The notes below the pieces were generated by a model that saw only the letters and a list, made by a program, of their open reading frames with translations, made no database searches and was not told the origin of the DNA. Below, in pieces: positions 58,955 through 64,000 of a stretch of 64,000 bases of DNA (position 1 is the first letter of the stretch; each line of letters starts with the position of its first letter). A program made the translations under genes and the position numbers. The DNA lies in the NCBI GenBank assembly GCA_041485695.1, contig JBGPJZ010000002.1, positions 65,499 to 129,498 on the forward strand. The letters are read 5' to 3'. The DNA comes from Minisyncoccia bacterium (GTDB lineage Bacteria > Patescibacteriota > Minisyncoccia > Phycocordibacterales > Phycocordibacteraceae).

Positions 58955-59143
58955 ATGCCCCCTTCAAGCCCGGCACCGCTTATCCAGCCCCCTACCCCTC
59001 GGCAACAGTCGTGGGGCACCATCGTCTCCTTGGTGATTATCGTCGCGATGATCATCGTAGGGGCCTTGTACGCCTGGGGTAAGCGCATCGCCGATGAGCG
59101 CGCCCTGGTGCCTGCAACCGCGACGACGACTGAAACGTACTAA
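58955..59143 (+). CDS. Small single-TM protein
   Basis: [25 protein letters not shown]; tightly packed between ppa and clpP. Confidence 0.7.
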   Translation: MPPSSPAPLIQPPTPRQQSWGTIVSLVIIVAMIIVGALYAWGKRIADERALVPATATTTETY

Positions 59144-59150
59144 CCTATAT

Positions 59151-59756
59151 ATGAATACTGAAACCAAAGTCCCGCGCGCCTCGTACCTCGTCCCTATGGT
59201 GATCGAGAAGACCCAGTTCGGCGAGCGCGCCTACGACATCTATTCGCGCCTCTTAAAGGAGCGTATCGTCTTTTTGGGCGGCCCCATTGATGACGACGTC
59301 GCGAATCTCGTTATCGCCCAGCTCCTCTTCTTGGAGGCTGAAGACCCGAAGAAGGATATCTCGCTCTACATCAATTCGCCCGGCGGCTCGGTCACAGCCG
59401 GCCTCGCCATCCTCGACACGATGAACCACGTCAAGCCGGATGTCGGGACGGTGTGCGTCGGCATCGCCGCTTCAGCCGCCGCGGTCATCCTCGCTGCAGG
59501 TCAAAAAGGCAAGCGCCACTCGCTCCCTAACGCAGAAGTGATGATTCACCAGCCGTGGGGTGGGGCGCAGGGCCAGGCGGCGGATATCGAGATTACCGCG
59601 AAGCATATCGTCGCGACACGCGAAAAATTGAACCGTATTCTTGCCAAAACGACCGGCCAGTCGCTCGAGAAAGTCTCGAAGGATGTCGACCGCGACTACT
59701 TCATGAGCGCCGACGAAGCTAAGAAGTACGGCATCGTCGACCAAGTCTATAAATAA
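59151..59756 (+). CDS. clpP: ATP-dependent Clp protease proteolytic subunit
   Basis: [23 protein letters not shown] and DRD motifs. Confidence 0.98.
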   Translation: MNTETKVPRASYLVPMVIEKTQFGERAYDIYSRLLKERIVFLGGPIDDDVANLVIAQLLFLEAEDPKKDISLYINSPGGSVTAGLAILDTMNHVKPDVGTVCVGIAASAAAVILAAGQKGKRHSLPNAEVMIHQPWGGAQGQAADIEITAKHIVATREKLNRILAKTTGQSLEKVSKDVDRDYFMSADEAKKYGIVDQVYK

Positions 59757-59778
59757 TCCGCCGGTTGGCGGAGCAAGG

Positions 59779-59809
59779 AGCCGCGGCCCCCTTTGGGGGC
59801 CGCGGCTTT
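59779..59809 (+). terminator. Terminator after clpP
   Basis: AGCCGCGGCCCCC/GGGGGCCGCGGCT hairpin followed by TT. Confidence 0.7.
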
Positions 59810-59896
59810 CGTGATAAGGTAGCGAAGTACTGCGATTCTGCGCGAAAGATACGGGTGCACGGCTGCTTTTCTTTATTCGACTTTTAGGGCGCTTAT

Positions 59897-61426
59897 ATGT
59901 CGTTACAAATCATTCTTGCACTGCTTGCGCTTTCAGGCGCCGGCGGGATTTTGCTCGGGTACGTACTCCGGTGGCTCGTCGCCTTGGGCCAGCGCGGCTC
60001 TTTGGAATTGGAAATCAAACAGAAGATGCTTGCCGCGCAGGAGAAAGCGGCCAAGATACTTTCAGACGCCGAGTACCGCGCCGAGGTGCTGGAGACCGAG
60101 CGGCTCGTCGGCATCGAGGAGCGTGAAGAAAAGACGAATAAAACCGAGGAGCGCCTCTCAAAGCGAGAAGAATTCCTGGATCAGCGCCAGCAAGATCTCG
60201 ATGCGAAAGACGAGGATATCCGCGCACGCGAGCAAGAGGCGGCTCACGCGAAGAAGGCCGCCGACGAGCTTATCGCCGAACGGACCAAGATCCTTGAGCG
60301 CGCTGCGCACCTCTCGGCAGAGAAGGCGCGCGAGGAGCTTATACATGAGGTAGAGCGCAAGAATGAGGAAGCTATCCTCCTCCGGCTCCAAAAGCTCGAC
60401 GCGCACGGCCGTGAGCGGCTTGAGGAGAAGGCGCGCAATATCCTTACCGCGGCGATTCATCGCCTCGGCAACCCCGTGAATGCCGAAGTGATGTCGCTGG
60501 CGGTCGCTATCCCCTCTGAAGAGATGAAGGGCAAGGTCATCGGCAAAGAGGGCCGCAATATCAAGGCCTTCGAGCGCGCCACCGGCGTCGATGTCATCAT
60601 CGACGAGGCTCCTTTGAAAATTACCCTCTCCTCCTTCGACCCTCTCCGCCGGCATATCGCAAAAATCGCGCTTGAAAGGCTTATCGCCGATGGCCGTATC
60701 CAGCCCGCGAAAATCGAGGAGATCGTCGAAAAGACCAAGGCCGAACTTACCGAGACAATCAAACAAAAAGGCGAGCAGGCCTGCTACGAGGTCGGCATCG
60801 TGGGGCTTGACCCGAAGCTCATCGCACTTCTCGGCCGCCTGCACTTCCGTACGAGCTACGGGCAGAATGTCCTCCAGCACTCAATAGAGATGGCGCACAT
60901 CGCCGGCATGCTTGCCGCGGAGCTCGGAGCTGATGTGCAAGTTGCAAAGAGCGGCGCCCTCCTCCATGACATCGGCAAAGCTGTCGACCACGAGGTCGAG
61001 GGCACGCACGTCGAAATTGGCCGCCGCATCCTCGAGAAATTCGGTGTCGGGAAGGGTGTCATACAGGCCATGCAGTCGCACCACGAGGAGTTCCAGTATG
61101 AAACGCCTGAATCGGTCATCGTTCAAGTGGCTGATGCCATCTCGGCTGGGAGGCCGGGTGCGCGGCGCGACACGGTGGAGCGCTATCTTGAGCGCCTCGG
61201 CGACCTTGAGCGCCTCGCGAGCGGCTTCGAGGGGGTTGAGAAGGTCTACGCCATCTCCGCCGGGCGCGAATTGCGCATTTTCGTGAACCCAGGTAAGGTC
61301 TCCGACCTCGTAATGCATAAGATGGCTCGCGACATCGCCGAACGTATCCAAAAAGAGCTCAAATACCCGGGCGAAATCAAGGTGAACGTCATCCGCGAGA
61401 ATAGAGTCGTCGAATTCGCTCGCTAA
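59897..61426 (+). CDS. rny: Ribonuclease Y
   Basis: N-terminal TM, coiled coil, KH (MKGKVIGKEGRNI) and HD (LLHDIGK) domains. Confidence 0.98.
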   Translation: MSLQIILALLALSGAGGILLGYVLRWLVALGQRGSLELEIKQKMLAAQEKAAKILSDAEYRAEVLETERLVGIEEREEKTNKTEERLSKREEFLDQRQQDLDAKDEDIRAREQEAAHAKKAADELIAERTKILERAAHLSAEKAREELIHEVERKNEEAILLRLQKLDAHGRERLEEKARNILTAAIHRLGNPVNAEVMSLAVAIPSEEMKGKVIGKEGRNIKAFERATGVDVIIDEAPLKITLSSFDPLRRHIAKIALERLIADGRIQPAKIEEIVEKTKAELTETIKQKGEQACYEVGIVGLDPKLIALLGRLHFRTSYGQNVLQHSIEMAHIAGMLAAELGADVQVAKSGALLHDIGKAVDHEVEGTHVEIGRRILEKFGVGKGVIQAMQSHHEEFQYETPESVIVQVADAISAGRPGARRDTVERYLERLGDLERLASGFEGVEKVYAISAGRELRIFVNPGKVSDLVMHKMARDIAERIQKELKYPGEIKVNVIRENRVVEFAR

Positions 61427-61491
61427 TTTCCTTATCCACCTGGCAGTTTTGGCGTACTTGCAGGGTATTTTGCTGCGCGTATACTTGCCCC

Positions 61492-61630
61492 GTGCTCCGT
61501 TTAACTCGGACGCACAGATTTGGGGCAGTTCGAGGAGCGGGGAGACGAGTTTCGGAGGCGTACTCTCGGGTACGACGGAGAAAATCGGCGGGACCCGCAA
61601 CAAAGAAGTGCGTCAAATCTGTGCGCCCCG
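61492..61630 (+). ncRNA. Long structured leader or sRNA upstream of hup
   Basis: TTGCAG-16-TATACT promoter (61458-61485); 12-bp stem 61511-61522/61614-61625 enclosing further helices. Confidence 0.55.
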
Positions 61631-61652
61631 TTATTAATCTCACTACCAGAAT

Positions 61653-61925
61653 ATGAATAAAGCAGATATTGCAGGTAAAGTGCAGGCAACTCTCGGCTCG
61701 ACCCGCGCCGACGCAGAGCGCGCCGTCGAGACAGTAATCGACTGCATCACTCAAGGCCTCAAAGGAGGCGACGAGGTCTCAATCGCCGGACTTGGCATCT
61801 TCGTCGCGAAGGCGCGCCCCGCCCGCACTGGCCGTAACCCTCGCACGGGCGAGACCATCCAGATAAAGGCGACCCGCACCCCCAAATTCCGCCCCGCTAA
61901 GGGCCTCAAAGACGCCGTTAAATAA
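61653..61925 (+). CDS. hup: DNA-binding protein HU
   Basis: MNKADI, GLGIF, RTGRNPRTGE and PKFRPAK. Confidence 0.98.
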   Translation: MNKADIAGKVQATLGSTRADAERAVETVIDCITQGLKGGDEVSIAGLGIFVAKARPARTGRNPRTGETIQIKATRTPKFRPAKGLKDAVK

Positions 61926-62055
61926 AAAGGGCTTAGAGAGACAGCCACTTCTCCCGAAGCGGCTGTCTTCTTTTCCTCCACACACGCGGCTTGCCAACAG
62001 GCACAGGACTGTGTAAGGTTTTAATGTTCGTCACCTCAAGCGCTAGGAGAAAACC

Positions 62056-62172
62056 ATGCGCAATTGCAGATCGACTTGCACTTTCTACACGGTACGAAGA
62101 ACGAAAGGCAAGAAGATCAATCGGGGAAAGACTGAGGAGAACGAAGCTCTTTTTCGGGGAGGATCCACCTAG
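62056..62172 (+). CDS. Putative 38-aa basic peptide, not in the ORF track
   Basis: TTGCCA-17-TAAGGT promoter, AGGAG SD; MRNCRSTCTFYTVRRTKGKKINRGKTEENEALFRGGST; hairpin at 62218-62250. Confidence 0.45.
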   Translation: MRNCRSTCTFYTVRRTKGKKINRGKTEENEALFRGGST

Positions 62173-62251
62173 CAGCCACTTTCAACCCATAGCTGCGTAA
62201 GCAGCCAAGCAGTTACCAACGGGCGCGGATTAGACCTCCGCGCCCGTTTTG

Positions 62252-63403
62252 CTATTTGAAATACTTTTTCTTTTTGAGTTTGTCGGGGAGATAAGATTCG
62301 TCCGAGTACATTTCGTAATTCTTTCCGTAGTCGAGCTCTTTCATAAGCTTGGTGGGGGCGTTGCGGAGTTTTTTGGGAACGGGAAGGTTACCAAATGCCT
62401 GTACGTCCGCCTGCGCGGCGCGGAGCGCGTTGTAGGCAGAGCGATCTTTTTTAGAATTGCATAGGTATGCGACGCCGTGAGCGAGGTTTATGGCGCACTC
62501 GGGGTACCCTATCGTCTCGCAAGTGCGAAAGACGGCGTTCGCGACGACGAGCGCCGTCGGCTGGGCAAGCCCGATGTCTTCAGAGGCGAAAACGACCATA
62601 CGACGGGCGATAAAGAGAGGGTCCTCCCCCGCTTCCACCATCCGGGCGAGGTAGTACATCGCCGCATCCGCCTGCGAGGCACGCATGCTTTTAATAAACG
62701 CACTGATGGTGTCGTAATGCTCCTCGCCTTTTTTGTCGTAGCGCAGATGCGGCGACTCAAGCGCCTTGTTCAGCGTCTCGACCGTTACCTTGCCATACAA
62801 ACTCTCGGCGCCCTCGAGCATCCCGAGCGCCTTACGCGCGTCGCCATTGGCGTAGCCCATGAGCCAATCGAACGTTTCGGCATTGATTTTTATTTTCGTG
62901 CTCTTCACGATGGCTTTCAACGCTTCTTCAGAGAGCGGTTCGAGCACGAAGACTCGCGCGCGTGAAAGGAGCGCGGGTATCACCTCGAAACTAGGGTTCT
63001 CGGTCGTGGCACCAATGAGGGTGAGGGCACCGCTCTCGACGTACGGCAAGAGAAAATCCTGCTGCGCCTTGTTAAATCTATGTATCTCATCAAGAAAGAG
63101 CACTTTCGGCTTTTGAAACATCGCAGTTTCTTTTCGCTTCTCACCCGTATCGACGATTTTCTTGATGTCTTCTTTCCCTGCAGACACTGCCGAGAGCTCG
63201 TGTAACTCAGCATCAAGGACGCGCGCATAGATGCGCGCGATGGTCGTCTTCCCCGTCCCGGGCGGGCCCCAGAGGATGAATGAGAAGAGGTGCTTCTTCT
63301 CGACCGCAACCCGCAAGGGCTTACCCCTCCCCACCAAATGCTCCTGCCCCACGACTTCGTCGAGGGTTTGTGGGCGTATGCGGGCTGCGAGCGGCTCTGG
63401 CAT
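62252..63403 (-). CDS. rarA: Replication-associated recombination protein RarA/MgsA
   Basis: [37 protein letters not shown] and ASEDIG motifs. Confidence 0.97.
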   Translation of the reverse strand: MPEPLAARIRPQTLDEVVGQEHLVGRGKPLRVAVEKKHLFSFILWGPPGTGKTTIARIYARVLDAELHELSAVSAGKEDIKKIVDTGEKRKETAMFQKPKVLFLDEIHRFNKAQQDFLLPYVESGALTLIGATTENPSFEVIPALLSRARVFVLEPLSEEALKAIVKSTKIKINAETFDWLMGYANGDARKALGMLEGAESLYGKVTVETLNKALESPHLRYDKKGEEHYDTISAFIKSMRASQADAAMYYLARMVEAGEDPLFIARRMVVFASEDIGLAQPTALVVANAVFRTCETIGYPECAINLAHGVAYLCNSKKDRSAYNALRAAQADVQAFGNLPVPKKLRNAPTKLMKELDYGKNYEMYSDESYLPDKLKKKKYFK

Positions 63404-63475
63404 TATCTCATTGTACGCTTCTCAATAAGAAAAGGCCGACTCCGTTGGGAGCCGGCCTTCTATCCGTTGTATGGC

Positions 63476-63988
63476 CTAATCGGGCCACAGTGTAAGCATC
63501 ACGACCGAACTGCGCCACGGGAGGTCCTGCCACATACGGAGGAGCTGCTCCTCGCTCAATTCGACATTACCGATGGGGAATGCCGGGTCGTAGGCGAACT
63601 CGCCGACGCGGTCGTCCATCGCCCAGTACCGCGACCTTTCCGTGTCGTAGGCGCCCACCGTGATGATGTGATCGGCGACGGGGAGGGGGGCGTGAGCCTG
63701 CACCCATAGTGCGGCGCTCTGCCCTCCCCTCAATACTTCTTGAAGGGCCGGGATACGGTAGTTGTACGGGACGCGACTGCAGCTTGAGTCGAGCCCAACT
63801 TGCTTCAGATGTCTTTTCATGAGCCACGGCACGCCAGGACGAACACTCTTCCACAAGATGCCGTGGTTGTGGTCGATGTATTCTCTCCCTGCCGCGAACG
63901 CGAGCGACCTGCTGCAGTCCTCTTCGCAAAACGGCGGATGACGCAACCTGAACTGTGGTACGTGCTTGAAGCCGCGAACGATTGCCAA
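63476..63988 (-). CDS. Orphan papain-fold (C39-like) protein
   Basis: VPQF...C..DC, HIITVGAYD and WAMDD resemble the Cys-His-Asp order; GAGGT SD and TTG start; terminator at 63430-63460. Confidence 0.55.
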   Translation of the reverse strand: MAIVRGFKHVPQFRLRHPPFCEEDCSRSLAFAAGREYIDHNHGILWKSVRPGVPWLMKRHLKQVGLDSSCSRVPYNYRIPALQEVLRGGQSAALWVQAHAPLPVADHIITVGAYDTERSRYWAMDDRVGEFAYDPAFPIGNVELSEEQLLRMWQDLPWRSSVVMLTLWPD

Positions 63989-64000
63989 GACACACCTCTT

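Overview
Core-genome segment of a Patescibacteria (CPR; most likely Parcubacteria/Paceibacteria) bacterium using genetic code 11. The lineage call is inferred from the missing rpmD (uL30) between rpsE and rplO, the compact gene packing and the CPR-type gene content. The window carries groES-groEL, secG, RNase J, MutY/Nth, infC-rpmI-rplT, the str/S10/spc ribosomal clusters (broken up by orphan genes), a split comEC, recJ, pgk/tpiA, cfa, a type IV pilus cluster, nusA, ppa, clpP, rny, hup and rarA. I saw no tRNA, rRNA, CRISPR array, integrase or transposase. The most interesting signals are non-coding. (1) A ~260-nt multi-helix RNA with its own promoter and terminator lies between nth and mutY and shows no housekeeping-RNA signature I can recognise. 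(2) A 46-nt double-hairpin repeat with structure-preserving differences is fused in-frame to the 3' ends of rpmC and rpsQ. (3) Further structured RNAs occur at 18291-18437 (6S-like) and in the hup and rplC leaders. (4) Many core genes look leaderless, while interspersed orphan genes are Shine-Dalgarno-led. All structures were folded by eye and need computational confirmation.
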